NCBI GenBank assembly: GCA_964016885.1 | Contig: OZ024746.1 | Coordinates: 15,376,001 to 15,440,000 of the forward strand | DNA from: Eledone cirrhosa | Lineage: Eukaryota | Length of the DNA stretch: 64,000 bases | Direction: 5' to 3' | Shown here: positions 43,274-56,432 of the stretch, piece by piece | How positions within the stretch are numbered: position 1 is the stretch's first letter | Layout of the letters: the number at the start of each line of letters is the position of its first letter | Translations under genes and position numbers: made by a program | Notes under the pieces: model-generated | What the model was told of the DNA's origin: nothing | The model's input: the letters and a program-made list of their open reading frames with translations, nothing else | Database searches by the model: none

Positions 43274-44180
43274 TACATACATACATAATACATCTGTATT
43301 TATTGGCCTGCATATATAATTATATAAATGTGTGGAAGAACATGCTGGCATGCAAATAATGTGTGTATGTGTGCGTGTGTGTTTGTGTGTGTGTTTGTGT
43401 GTAGATGGTGTATCAGTTTATGAGTACCTGTGTGCTAGAAAATGTGTTGCCATAACTCACATGCACACGTTACCTGCACAGGTATTCATATACCTGTGCA
43501 GGTAACATAAAACAACTGACTCACTGATCATAAATTCTCTTCATTGTTTTAATATTGTGTCAGTTGTACTTTAAGAGGATTTTCCTGAATTAAGATTGCA
43601 CTATATTTCTATGGTGGACAAATCAATACCAACACGAGCGCCATTTTTTAAAAATCATGTTTACAGTAAATTCATGTTTAGAGCGTCATTCCAGGACGTG
43701 AAGAACAAAATCAGAAATTTTTAAGATTCTTAATTTTTTATTTATTTATTTATTTATTTTTATTATTATCTGAATTTCTTTATGGTTTTATACTGCAACC
43801 ATCGGAAATATATATATATTGTTGTTGCCACCATCTCTATAATTGATATATAGGTAAGTTGATAATATATGAAAATAAACTCTGATGATGTCGGTTTTTA
43901 GCCAATTCCGGATGGTCAGAATAAAACCATGAGGAAATTCGGATAAAAATCTTTTTGTAAAAACAAATAAATAAATTTAAAAAATTAAGAATTTAAAAAA
44001 TGTTTGATTTTGTAACTTCACGTCCTTGGGATGAAGGTCTATTGGCTGAAACACGTGTTAGTTTAAAAGCGTATTGACTCTTTGGTGCTTTTTAATCTTT
44101 AAATATCAGCTCTGTGTGAACCCTATTGCATCGAGCTTTAAACTCTCTGGCAAAGTTTATATCCAATAATAACAATACTG

Positions 44181-44216
<36 letters not shown>

Positions 44217-44345
44217 GATTGGTGCTCTGAAATAGCGATGTATACATGAATGTATGTATAGTATATTTGACAATATACCGTATTTTTAATTAAAAAATGT
44301 TTTTAGTTAAACATACGGTATATTGCCAAATATACTATACATACG

Positions 44346-44398
<53 letters not shown>

Positions 44399-44400
44399 AT

Positions 44401-44786
44401 AATATTAATAGATGGAAACTATCTTTATAAAACCATATTTATTTTATTATATATATTTCAAGGGTACCAGTATTTCAGATATCAGTATATCAGATAAAAT
44501 ACGAAAATATCTACATATGAACTTATTGTTATGAGTTCTATGTGAATAGAATTCATAACAATAAGTTCATCTGTAGATATGTCACTATCTGTAAACCAAT
44601 TTTTGTATTTTATCTGATGAGAGCGTACCAAAATACTGGTACCCTTGAAATATATATAATAAAATAAATATGGTTTTATAAAGATAGTTTCCATCTATTG
44701 ATATTATACTCCAGAAAATCTGTTGAGTGCTTCTAATCCGTTATAATTTAACTTTGTTGAATAATCAACAAATTAAATAACTCATT

Positions 44787-44790
<4 letters not shown>
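44401..44790 (+). mobile_element. Fold-back HHR mini-element P1, second copy
   Basis: Inverted arms 44401-44705 plus a tail homologous to the reverse complement of 20842-20932; (TA)n on both sides. Confidence 0.85.
44606..44666 (+). ncRNA. Minimal hammerhead ribozyme
   Basis: tattttat-CTGATGA-gagcgtacca-aaatac-tggtaccctt-GAA-atatatat-a-ataaaata. Perfect 8-bp stem I. Confidence 0.8.
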
Positions 44791-44832
<42 letters not shown>

Positions 44833-44964
44833 CAGTTGATATGATTCCATATGATTCCAGTTCCTCAGTGAAATAAAAACCCAACCTGGAACTGGGCATA
44901 TCAGGGTATTGACAAAGTTAAACACCTTAACATGTGTACTCGTCTCTACGACACTAATTCGGAC

Positions 44965-45012
44965 TGCCTGAAGAGGTCACAGCCAAAGATGGCTGTCATA
45001 GAAATATATATA
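44965..45012 (+). ncRNA. Degenerate hammerhead running into (TA)n
   Basis: CTGAAGA-ggtc-acagcca-aaga-tggctgt-cata-GAAA-tatata. No 3' strand for stem I. Confidence 0.4.
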
Positions 45013-45045
45013 CCTATACATATATACCTATACATATATATATAC

Positions 45046-45078
<33 letters not shown>

Positions 45079-45110
45079 CATATATACATATACATATATA
45101 TATATACATA

Positions 45111-45810
45111 TGAAGTAGTTAGTGTATGCAATAGTTACACGTGGGGCATGCACGTGTCTTATTTATATAAGATTATTGTGCGGCAAGGTGTTATATGCAA
45201 TATGAATCATCGTTAATTATGTGAAGGACATATAATCTATATATTACGTTTCCTGGATTGTGAAAATGTTGGTGTATACAAAAACCATAACATTATTTTG
45301 CTTCTCATTTTTAATATTTCTCTGCACACAAGCTTCTTTATCATACATAAAAAATACTTTACCAATACAACCCCCATAATACTCTTGATTAACCGCTTAA
45401 AGTGCTTATATTGCATATAACACCTTGCCGCACAATAATCTTATATAAATAAGACACACGTGCATGCCCCACGTGTAACTATTGCATACTCTAACTACTT
45501 CAAACTATCCTCTTGCATTATCTTCGTAAACTGCCGATGTTGTATTTTAACTTTAATTTTGTTTTAATTTTCTTTTAATATGATTTTAATTTTTGAATGT
45601 AAATTGCCATGCTAAAATATTATAATGGATGTCACCCCACTGTGCATCAATATATACATATGTTTCTGTATGTCTCTTGTGTTAGAAAGGAGGTCATGTA
45701 TGTAAACAATCATTGAAAAATTGCTCCGAAGACTCCAAACCTCGGTTTGAACGAAACAATTGTAAGCTAATAAATGGTTTGAACAGAACTTTGATTCATG
45801 TGATTTCTAT
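45111..45810 (+). mobile_element. pLTR-like element P4 with inverted 5' segment
   Basis: 45111-45202 is an inverted copy of 45406-45500; 45290-45810 matches 25410-25930. Confidence 0.8.
45723..45767 (+). ncRNA. Variant hammerhead (CCGAAGA core)
   Basis: gct-CCGAAGA-c-tccaaacc-tc-ggtttgaa-c-GAA-acaattgt-a-agc, then taataaa. Confidence 0.6.
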
Positions 45811-45979
45811 ATAACTGCTCTGTAGAACAACTGATGTTATTACATTGAGCTATTTATCTTACTGGTAATAAGGTAGTAATAAATTACTGTCTTTCACTGT
45901 TTAGGGTTTAAAATATATTTAACTATAAAAAGTTTTAGTATATACATAACCATAAATAGTATATATATATATATGTATG

Positions 45980-46013
<34 letters not shown>

Positions 46014-46624
46014 CATATATATATATATATGTATATATAATATATATATATATATATTTATATATGTACTCACTTCAACACATCATGGCAACCCCCCTCC
46101 CCCGCCATCCAGCACACTTACACGTCGTTTTCCACTTCACTTCTCTGTCAAGCATCATTAATACTGATTATATGACGACTACCATAACAACAACAATAAC
46201 AGCAACGACGATGATGATGATGATGATGATGACTACAGTGTAGATGATGGCGGCAAAGACGACGACGCCTGGTCGTGATGGTGATGGCGGGTTAAGATGG
46301 TGGAGTTAGTGGTGGTGGTGGTGGTGGTGATGACGGCCAAGATGGTTGAGTTAGTGGTGGTGGTGGTGGTAGTGATGATGACGATGGTGGCAACGATGGT
46401 TTTGGTGGTGACGATGATGTCGATGATGATGATGATGATGATGATGATGATAATGATGATGATAATGATGATGATGATGATGATGACGATGTTGGTGATA
46501 ATTAATAACTGTACTGTGGAACCAATTGAAATTGTTCGAACATTGTTATCAAAGATCGAATGAAAGGTAAAATAATTATTTCATAGATAAGGATTCCTCA
46601 ATTTGGAACAAGACTAGTTTAGAG

Positions 46625-46960
46625 AAAGGTTGTTGTGAGAGATGTTGTGAGAGAGGGGCTGTTGTAAGGGAGACTGTGTTGTGAGAGAGGGCTGTTGTAA
46701 GGGAGACTGTGTTGTGAGAGAGGGGCTGTTGTAAGAGAGAAGGGCTGTTGTGAGAGAGGGGCTGTTGTAAGGGAGACTGTGTTGTGAGAGAGGGGCTGTT
46801 GTAAGGGAGAAGGGCTGGTGTGAGAAAGGTTGTTGTGAGGGAGACTGTGTTGTGAGAGAGGATGTGTTGTGAGAGAGAGGCTGTTGTAAGGGAGAAGGGC
46901 TGTTGTGAGAAAGGTTGTTGTGAGAAGGGTGTTGTTGTGAGGGAGATGGGTTGTTATGAG
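46625..46960. repeat. Degenerate gggctgttgtgagaga minisatellite
   Basis: Directly visible. Confidence 0.85.
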
Positions 46961-47014
46961 AAAATAATTATAAATTGAGTGAAAAACGAAGATGACCCTA
47001 GCAGTATCTGAACT

Positions 47015-48525
47015 TACATCATACAGGGATAAGACTTACTATAGATGGATCACATCATACAGGGATAAGACTTACTATATATAGATCACATCATACAGGG
47101 ATAAGACTTACTATAGATGGATCACATCATACAGAGATAAGACTTACTATAGATAGATCACATCATACATGGATAAGACTTGCTATAGATGGATCACATC
47201 ATACAGGGATAAGACTTACTATAGATGGATCACATCATACAGGGATAAGACTTACTATAGATGGATCACATCATACAGGGATAAGACTTACTATAGATGG
47301 ATCACATCATACAGAGATAAGACTTACTATAGATGGATCACATCATACAGGGATAAGACTTACTATATATAGATCACATCATACAGGGATAAGACTTACT
47401 ATAGATGGATCACATCATACAGGGATAAGACTTACTATAGATAGATCACATCATACAGGGATAAGACTTACTATAGATAGATCACATCATACAGGGATAA
47501 GACTTACTATAGATAGATCACATCATACAGAGATAAGACTTACTATAGATAGATCACATCATACAGGGATAAGACTTACTATAGATGGATCACATCATAC
47601 AGGGATAAGACTTACTATAGATGGATCACATCATACAGGGATAAGACTTACTATAGATGGATCACATCATACAGAGATAAGACTTACTATAGATGGATCA
47701 CATCATACAGGGATAAGACTTACTATAGATGGATTACATCATACAGGGATAAGACTTACTATAGATGGATTACATCATACAGGGATAAGACTTACTATAG
47801 ATAGATCACATCATACAGAGATAAGACTTACTATAGATGGATTACATCATACAGGGATAAGACTTGCTATAGATAGATCACATCATACAGGGATAAGACT
47901 TACTATATATAGATCACATCATACAGGGATAAGACTTACTATAGATAGATCACATCATACAGAGATAAGACTTACTATAGATGGATTACATCATACAGGG
48001 ATAAGACTTGCTATAGATAGATCACATCATACAGGGATAAGACTTACTATAGATAGATCACATCATACAGGGATAAGACTTACTATAGATGGATCACATC
48101 ATACCGGGATAAGACTTACTATAGATGGATCACATCATACAGGGATAAGACTTACTATAGATAGATCACATCATACAGAGATAAGACTTACTATAGATGG
48201 ATTACATCATACAGGGATAAGACTTGCTATAGATAGATCACATCATACAGGGATAAGACTTACTATAGATAGATCACATCATACAGGGATAAGACTTACT
48301 ATAGATGGATTACATCATACAGGGATAAGACTTACTATAGATAGATCACATCATACAGGGATAAGACTTACTATAGATGGATCACATCATACAGGGATAA
48401 GACTTACTATAGATAGATCACATCATACAGGGATAAGACTTACTATAGATGGATCACATCATACAGGGATAAGACTTACTATAGATAGATCACATCATAC
48501 AGGGATAAGACTTACTATAGATGGA
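47015..48525. repeat. 36-bp tandem array, about 42 copies
   Basis: Unit catcatacagggataagacttactatagatggatca, no spacers. Confidence 0.97.
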
Positions 48526-49029
48526 ATGTAGTATTTTATAAGTAACCAAGTATCTTTCATATGTATGTAATTTTTATTATGTTTCCAGTTTTTGTTTACA
48601 TAAAGCACAAGATCCTTAAATATAGATGTTAAGAAATATATACATCCTTGTTAGTGAAAACACGGGTTTACTTCAGATAACGTCTTCCCCAGTGAAACAA
48701 ACTGAAGCAAGCTAAATTAAGATCACATACACACACTGTTGAATCGATATATTTTTGAATCTATAACTGAATTAATCGAGTCGAATCGAACTACACAAGG
48801 AAAGGTTAAGTAGATTGTATCTTGTCGTCGAGTGTCTGTAACCAAGACACTCAACATTCATCGACCCGGGCTACTTTGTTATACTTCCACGAACACATTA
48901 ACCCATTGCTAGATGTTTCTGAACACGAGGCGTTGGATCACTAAGGCAAGAGACAGGGAATCACTTCTTTTCTTCTTTCTGATCGATCGACAAGGTCCCA
49001 AGCCCCATTCGCTTATCAAATGGGGTGGA

Positions 49030-49210
49030 ACTCGCCAAACCGGTCCGAGGAAACAATGTTTCCATTGGTCTTTCCAATTGCTAATGCTATCTACCGGTCG
49101 CATCTCTTGGCAGAAAGAGCAACGTAAAATAAAGTGTCTTGCTCCAGGACATAACGCATCGAAACCCCACGATTGCGAAACCAATTCCCTAACCACTAAG
49201 TCACGCGCCT
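49030..49210 (-). mobile_element. SINE family B copy, internally deleted
   Basis: Homolog of 22107-22320. Confidence 0.8.
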
Positions 49211-49964
49211 ACAGGGCATCTAAAGAAATTAACATATATACAAATAAACTCCAGTAGCTGGAAATGAACCCCAGACCCGTCAGTCATTAGTTCTATAATA
49301 ACTTACCCATAGAGCCCCCCCCCCCCCCCATCCCCCACCCCCTCCTTGTTTTTGTTTTCGAAATGTAAATTGTTGTAATCAGTAACAGCAGAAGCTGAAT
49401 AATTATTTCAATTTTGCGGAACCCATTGCGAATAATAAACGTGAATGGTCTTCATAAGCCTAAGGTCTGAGATGTGAGATTGTGTAATGATATATGAGAT
49501 ATGAGATATGACGTTAGTGGTGTCACTGAAGCGTATTAATATCAGAAAAAAAAAAACGAAGAACAATCGTAGTCCCCATATCATACTATCTGATTCTAGT
49601 TTCCTCCATTAACTATGGCTATATTTTAGAAGGATTTGGGTGAGAGGGGCGAGAGATGTGACATTGTGACATTTATACGTTTCACAGGAGCATTTTCAGT
49701 GCACGTAAAAGAAAATAGCTTCAACTAGAGATTGAAAACTTGTGTCAACTCCAGTTGCCATGAGCCACACAATACATCATCGCTTACATTGACACCAACG
49801 ACTACCCACTTATAAATAGTCAATTACCAAAATAATTCTATTACATATTTAATAGTCCCTGATTAGGAGGAAAATCTAAATTGAGCTCAACGAGATTTTG
49901 AAAGATATTTTATTTCTATGTTTCAAATGTGCTGCTACTGGCCCTCCGTCACTGTCATAATGTT

Positions 49965-50280
49965 GGTTTCTAATTTATAAAGAACGTCAGCAATTTTATG
50001 GGAGGGGAACACTGGACTATATCAACCAAAGGGCTTAGATGCTACTTAAATTTATCGACCCCAGTAAATGACTGGTACTTTATTTTATCGACACTGCAAA
50101 GATGAAAGGCAAAGTTGACTTTGGCGGGATTTTAACTTAGAGGAAAGAGCCGTAATTAAATACTACAAGTCATTTTCCCGACGCTCTACCGATTCTTCAC
50201 AGTAATAATAATGGTTTGTAATTTAGGCACATGGTCAATAGTTTGTGTGGAGGGGGGAAGTTAATTACATCGACCCTAGT
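49965..50280 (-). mobile_element. SINE family A cluster
   Basis: actggtactttattttatcgac...gatgaaaggcaaagttgac. Confidence 0.75.
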
Positions 50281-50390
50281 ATGTGGCATACTGCATTTCT
50301 TGAGGTATTTTAAACTTGGTAGGGCCCACCTTCTTTCTACGTCTGAACATAACCGATGTTTTCTTCTTCTTAGAGAGAGAGGGAGAAAGA

Positions 50391-53300
50391 GGTGGCGAGA
50401 GCTGGAGGAAGGAGGCGAGAGCTGGAGGAGGGTGGTGAGAGCTGGAGGAAGGAGGCGAGAGCTGGAGGAGGGAGGCGAGAGCTGGAGGAGGGTGGTGAGA
50501 GCTGGAGGAGGGTGGTGAGAGCTGGAGGAGGGTGGCGAGAGCTGGAGGAGGGTGGTGAGAGCTGGAGGAAGGAGGCGAGAGCTGGAGGAGGGTGGCGAGA
50601 GCTGGAGGAGAGTGGCGAGAGCTGGAGGAGAGTGGTGAGAGCTGGAGGAGGGTGGTGAGAGCTGGAGGAGGGTGGTGAGAGCTGGAGGAAGGAGGCGAGA
50701 GCTGGAGGAGGGTGGCGAGAGCTGGAGGAGAGTGGCGAGAGCTGGAGGAGGGTGGCGAGAACTGGAGGAGGGTGGCGAGAGCTGGAGGAGAGTGGCGAGA
50801 GCTGGAGGAGGGTGGCGAAAGCTGGAGGAAGGAGGCGAGAGCTGGAGGAGGGAGGCGAGAACTGGAGGAGGGTGGCGAGAGCTGGAGGAGGGTGGCGAGA
50901 GATGGAGGAGGGTGGCGAAAGCTGGAGGAGGGAAGCGAGAGCTGGAGGAGGGTGGCGAGAGCTGGAGGAGGGAGGCGAGAGCTGGAGGAGGGTGGTGAGA
51001 GCTGGAGGAGGGTGACGAGAGCTGGAGGAAGGAGGCGAGAGCTGGAGGAGGGAGGCGAGAACTGGAGGAGGGTGGCGAGAGCTGGAGGAGGGTGGTGAGA
51101 GCTGGAGGAGGGTGGCGAGAGCTGGAGGAAGGAGGCGAGAGCTGGAGGAGGGAAGCGAGAGCTGGAGGAGGGTGGCGAGAGCTGGAGGAGGGTGGCGAGA
51201 GCTGGAGGAGGGAGGCGAGAGCTGGAGGAGGGTGGCGAGAGCTGGAGGCGGGTGGCGAGAGCTGGAGGAGGGTGGCGGGAGCTGGAGGAGGGAGGCGAGA
51301 GCTGGAGGAGGGTGGTGAGAGCTAGAGGAGGGTGGTGAGAGCTGGAGGAGGGTGGCGAGAGCTGGAGGAGGGAAGCGAGAGCTGGAGGAGGGTGGCGAGA
51401 GCTGGAGGAGGGTGGTGAGAACTGGAGGAGGGAGGCGAGAACTGGAGGAGGGTGGCGAGAGCTGGAGGAGGGTGGTGAGAGCTGGAGGAGGGTGGCGAGA
51501 GCTGGAGGAAGGAGGCGAGAGCTGGAGGAGGGAACCGAGAGCTGGAGGAGGGTGGCGAGAGCTGGAGGAGGGAGGCGAGAGCTGGAGGAGGGTGGTGAGA
51601 GCTGGAGGAGGGTGGCGAGAGCTGGAGGAAGGAGGCGAGAGCTGGAGGAGGGAAGCGAGAGATGGAGGAGGGTGGCGAAAGCTGGAGGAGGGAGGCGAGA
51701 GCTGGAGGAGGGTGGCGAGAGCTGGAGGAGGGAGGCGAGAGCTGGAGGAGGGTGGTGAGAGCTGGAGGAGGGTGGTGAGAGCTGGAGGCGGGTGGCGAGA
51801 GCTGGAGGCGGGTGGCGAGAGCTGGAGGAGGGTGGCGAGAGCTGGAGGAGGGTGGCGAGAGCTGGAGGAGGGAGGCGAGAGCTGGAGGAGGGTGGCGAGA
51901 GCTGGAGGAGGGAGGCGAGAGCTGGAGGAGGGTGGTGAGAGCTGGAGGAGGGTGGCGAGAGCTGGAGGCGGGTGGCGAGAGCTGGAGGAGGGTGGCGAGA
52001 GCTGGAGGAGGGAGGCGAGAGCTGGAGGAGGGTGGTGAGAGCTGGAGGAGGGAGGCGAGAGCTGGAGGAGGGAGGCGAGAGCTGGAGGAGGGTGGTGAGA
52101 GCTGGAGGAGGGTGGTGAGAGCTGGAGGAGGGAGGCGAGAGCTGGAGGAAGGAGGCGAGAGCTGGAGGAGGGAGGCGAGAGCTGGAGGAGGGTGGCGAGA
52201 GCTGGAGGAAGGAGGCGAGAGCTGGAGGAGGGTGGCGAAAACTGGAGGAGGGTGGTGAGAGCTGGAGGAAGGAGGCGAGAGCTGGAGGAAGGAGGCGAGA
52301 ACTGGAGGAGGGTGGCGAGAGCTGGAGGAGGGTGGCGAGAGCTGGAGGAGGGTGGCGAGAGCTGGAGGAGGGTGGCGAGAGCTGGAGGAGGGAGGCGAGA
52401 GCTGGAGGAGGGTGGCGAGAACTGGAGGAGGGTGGTGAGAGCTGGAGGAAGGAGGCGAGAGCTGGAGGAAGGAGGCGAGAACTGGAGGAGGGTGGCGAGA
52501 GCTGGAGGAGGGTGGCGAGAGCTGGAGGAGGGTGGTGAGAGCTGGAGGAGGGAGGCGAGAGCTGGAGGAAGGAGGCGAGAGCTGGAGGAGGGAAGCGAGA
52601 GATGGAGGAGGGTGGCGAGAGCTGGAGGAAGGAGGCGAGAGCTAGAGGAGGGAGGCGAGAGCTGGAGGAGGGTGGCGAGAGCTGGAGGAGGGTGGCGAGA
52701 ACTGGAGGAGGGTGGTGAGAGCTGGAGGAAGGAGGCGAGAGCTGGAGGAAGGAGGCGAGAACTGGAGGAGGGTGGCGAGAGCTGGAGGAGGGAGGCGAGA
52801 GCTGGAGGAGGGTGGCGAGAGCTGGAGGAGGGTGGCGAGAGCTGGAGGAGGGAGGCGAGAGCTGGAAGAGGGAGGCGAGAACTGGAGGAGGGTGGCGAGA
52901 GCTGGAGGAAGGAGGCGAGAGCTGGAGGAGGGTGGCGAAAACTGGAGGAGGGTGGTGAGAGCTGGAGGAAGGAGGCGAGAGCTGGAGGAAGGAGGCGAGA
53001 ACTGGAGGAGGGTGGCGAGAGCTGGAGGAGGGTGGCGAGAGCTGGAGGAGGGTGGCGAGAGCTGGAGGAGGGTGGCGAGAGCTGGAGGAGGGAGGCGAGA
53101 GCTGGAGGAGGGTGGCGAGAACTGGAGGAGGGTGGTGAGAGCTGGAGGAAGGAGGCGAGAGCTGGAGGAAGGAGGCGAGAACTGGAGGAGGGTGGCGAGA
53201 GCTGGAGGAGGGTGGCGAGAGCTGGAGGAGGGTGGTGAGAGCTGGAGGAGGGAGGCGAGAGCTGGAGGAAGGAGGCGAGAGCTGGAGGAGGGAAGCGAGA

Positions 53301-54927
53301 GATGGAGGAGGGTGGCGAGAGCTGGAGGAAGGAGGCGAGAGCTAGAGGAGGGAGGCGAGAGCTGGAGGAGGGTGGCGAGAGCTGGAGGAGGGTGGCGAGA
53401 ACTGGAGGAGGGTGGTGAGAGCTGGAGGAAGGAGGCGAGAGATGGAGGAGGGTGGCGAAAGCTGGAGGAGGGAGGCGAGAGCTGGAGGAGGGTGGCGAGA
53501 GCTGGAGGAGGGAGGCGAGAGCTGGAGGAGGGTGGTGAGAGCTGGAGGAGGGTGGTGAGAGCTGGAGGCGGGTGGCGAGAGCTGGAGGCGGGTGGCGAGA
53601 GCTGGAGGAGGGTGGCGAGAGCTGGAGGAGGGTGGCGAGAGCTGGAGGAGGGAGGCGAGAGCTGGAGGAGGGTGGCGAGAGCTGGAGGAGGGAGGCGAGA
53701 GCTGGAGGAGGGTGGTGAGAGCTGGAGGAGGGTGGCGAGAGCTGGAGGCGGGTGGCGAGAGCTGGAGGAGGGTGGCGAGAGCTGGAGGAGGGAGGCGAGA
53801 GCTGGAGGAGGGTGGTGAGAGCTGGAGGAGGGAGGCGAGAGCTGGAGGAGGGAGGCGAGGGCTGGAGGAGGGTGGTGAGAGCTGGAGGAGGGTGGTGAGA
53901 GCTGGAGGAGGGAGGCGAGAGCTGGAGGAAGGAGGCGAGAGCTGGAGGAGGGAGGCGAGAGCTGGAGGAGGGTGGCGAGAGCTGGAGGAAGGAGGCGAGA
54001 GCTGGAGGAGGGTGGCGAAAACTGGAGGAGGGTGGTGAGAGCTGGAGGAAGGAGGCGAGAGCTGGAGGAAGGAGGCGAGAACTGGAGGAGGGTGGCGAGA
54101 GCTGGAGGAGGGTGGCGAGAGCTGGAGGAGGGTGGCGAGAGCTGGAGGAGGGTGGCGAGAGCTGGAGGAGGGAGGCGAGAGCTGGAGGAGGGTGGCGAGA
54201 ACTGGAGGAGGGTGGTGAGAGCTGGAGGAAGGAGGCGAGAGCTGGAGGAAGGAGGCGAGAACTGGAGGAGGGTGGCGAGAGCTGGAGGAGGGTGGCGAGA
54301 GCTGGAGGAGGGTGGTGAGAGCTGGAGGAGGGAGGCGAGAGCTGGAGGAAGGAGGCGAGAGCTGGAGGAGGGAAGCGAGAGATGGAGGAGGGTGGCGAGA
54401 GCTGGAGGAAGGAGGCGAGAGCTAGAGGAGGGAGGCGAGAGCTGGAGGAGGGTGGCGAGAGCTGGAGGAGGGTGGCGAGAACTGGAGGAGGGTGGTGAGA
54501 GCTGGAGGAAGGAGGCGAGAGCTGGAGGAAGGAGGCGAGAACTGGAGGAGGGTGGCGAGAGCTGGAGGAGGGAGGCGAGAGCTGGAGGAGGGTGGCGAGA
54601 GCTGGAGGAGGGTGGCGAGAGCTGGAGGAGGGAGGCGAGAGCTGGAAGAGGGAGGCGAGAACTGGAGGAGGGTGGCGAGAGCTGGAGGAGAGTGGCGAGA
54701 GCTGGAGGAGGGTGGTGAGAGCTGGAGGAGGGTGGTGAGAGCTGGAGGAGGGAGGCGAGAGCTGGAGGAGGGTGGTGAGAGCTGGAGGAGGGTGGCGAGA
54801 ACTGGAGGAGGGTGGCGAGAGTTGGAGGAGGGAGGCGAGAGCTGGAGGAGGGTGGTGAGAGCTGGAGGAGGGTGGCGAGAACTGGAGGAGGGTGGCGAGA
54901 GTTGGAGGAGGGAGGCGAGAGCTGGAG
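50391..54927. repeat. 20-bp purine-rich satellite, about 227 copies
   Basis: Unit gctggaggagggtggcgaga, kept in phase throughout. Confidence 0.98.
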
Positions 54928-54994
54928 AAAAATGAGAGAAGGTGAGAGAAAAAAAAAGAAAGATAGAGCACCGAGATAGAAATATAAAGTTCAG

Positions 54995-55130
54995 GACTGG
55001 TACTTTATCAACTCGGTCTCGAAAAGATCGTCGACGGGATTTGAAATCAGAACGCAGAGAACCAGAACGAATACCGCAAAGCGATCGTTTTCTAGCCAAC
55101 GTTTCAACAACTCTACCAACTCGCCGCCAT
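54995..55130 (-). mobile_element. SINE family A copy
   Basis: actggtacttta...gggatttgaaatcagaacg...ccaactcgccgcc. Confidence 0.7.
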
Positions 55131-55881
55131 CTTGATTCATACATATACCGTGACACTGTTTAATTAGTTTATAATTAAATCCATATTCTAGTTTCTCAGA
55201 TGTGTGTATGATGAACATCAGTAGACGTGAAGTACAGCATGGATATAATTATATAGTTAATTACTTAGCAGTGTGTATGATATGGTGAAACACAGGTACA
55301 TTGCCTGTGAACTTTGCAATGCCCACGAGAGATATGAAGTTGATGTGGTTATAATGTCCAGACTGAACATCTGTAGATTGGCTTCTGTGGGGGAAAAGGG
55401 TGGACATGGAAAACATTCTCGAGTGTTGCTGTTCAGGGAAAGAAGGGATATATGAAATATATGGTGTAGAATCAGGGAAGGAAGAAGATGTGTAAGATGA
55501 GTGACCTGGCTGGGTAGAGTATATATGGTATATATTTTAAAATAAGCAGATGTCGTTATACTAGTTATAGAAAGAAGTATCGAAATGTGATGATCGAATA
55601 TTCCCTAATCAATGGGATGGCTTGCTTTTGGATTGAAAATACGGTTTTCTCTGTAAATTGAAAAAAAAATGATAAACCTCTTTAATCAATTTTCGGAACT
55701 AATTGGGCCCCCATCGGAAGGTGTGTAAATACTCACTGATGCAGTCTCGGTTATTCACTCGGTATATATACAGGTATAATTTTAACGTACACCTCGGTTG
55801 ATACCACACTTTTATATATATTAATAAGAACAATGAAGTTTCGTTTACATGTATGATACTTAGATTTTTATTGTGTATCGA

Positions 55882-55972
55882 CCTGCTACGCGCGTTTCGC
55901 AGAGTATTGGTTCACGGTCATCCATACGAGTTATGGACCCGACTCCATTATCGATCTGCTCTTCAGATTGGC
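55882..55972 (-). ncRNA. Hammerhead with extended stem II
   Basis: Minus strand: CTGAAGA-gcaga...(internal hairpin tccata/tatgga)...tctgc-GAA-acgcgcgt-a. Stem I is poor; AATAAA downstream. Confidence 0.6.
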
Positions 55973-56021
55973 AATGCCACAAAAAAATATAGTGTTTGTT
56001 CTATATATATATATATGTGTG

Positions 56022-56125
56022 TAGGAAAAGGTATGACCCCGACGACAGAGCTCAAGCCGTTTCGACGGCTATTTCTGGACGTCGAAACGGCTTGAGCTCT
56101 GCCGTCGGGGTCATACCTTTTCCTA
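56022..56125. repeat. 46-bp-arm fold-back island, family P5
   Basis: taggaaaagg...gccgtttcgacg / cgtcgaaacggc...ccttttccta; related fragment at 15733-15770. Confidence 0.9.
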
Positions 56126-56202
56126 TTACCTACTCTACTACCCTAAGTATTGAGTACTCTGGTGCGTTATGGTCCATCTGGTTCCTTACCACAATTCCTT
56201 CG

Positions 56203-56250
<48 letters not shown>

Positions 56251-56389
56251 ATGCTTTGGGAGGGTCATGTTGCCAATCAGAAACACACGCACCAGTTGCT
56301 TTCACTTCAATTTATTATAAATTTAGGAATTTATAAATTTCCGGTTGGTTGGTTGGTTGGTTCCACAACCAGACGATTGTTCATATATT

Positions 56390-56432
56390 GTCAAAGTTCT
56401 TTCGTCACACATTCTGTGACCTCTTCAGTGAC
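56390..56432 (-). ncRNA. Minimal hammerhead in solo pLTR (P3, 56245-56445)
   Basis: Minus strand: gtca-CTGAAGA-g-gtcaca-gaatg-tgtgac-GAAA-gaac-tt-tgac. Confidence 0.8.

Noticed and set aside
47015-48525. 36-bp repeat as a CRISPR array
   Set aside because: Units are contiguous with no unique spacers, no cas genes are present, and the context is eukaryotic.
50401-50420. Chi-like GCTGGAGG in the satellite
   Set aside because: Chi is a bacterial RecBCD signal; the resemblance has no supported function here.
50370-54971. 1533-aa Pro/Ser/Leu ORF and overlapping plus-strand ORFs
   Set aside because: Translation of a 20-bp satellite whose pyrimidine strand rarely forms stops. The unit is not a multiple of 3 and there is no unique domain.
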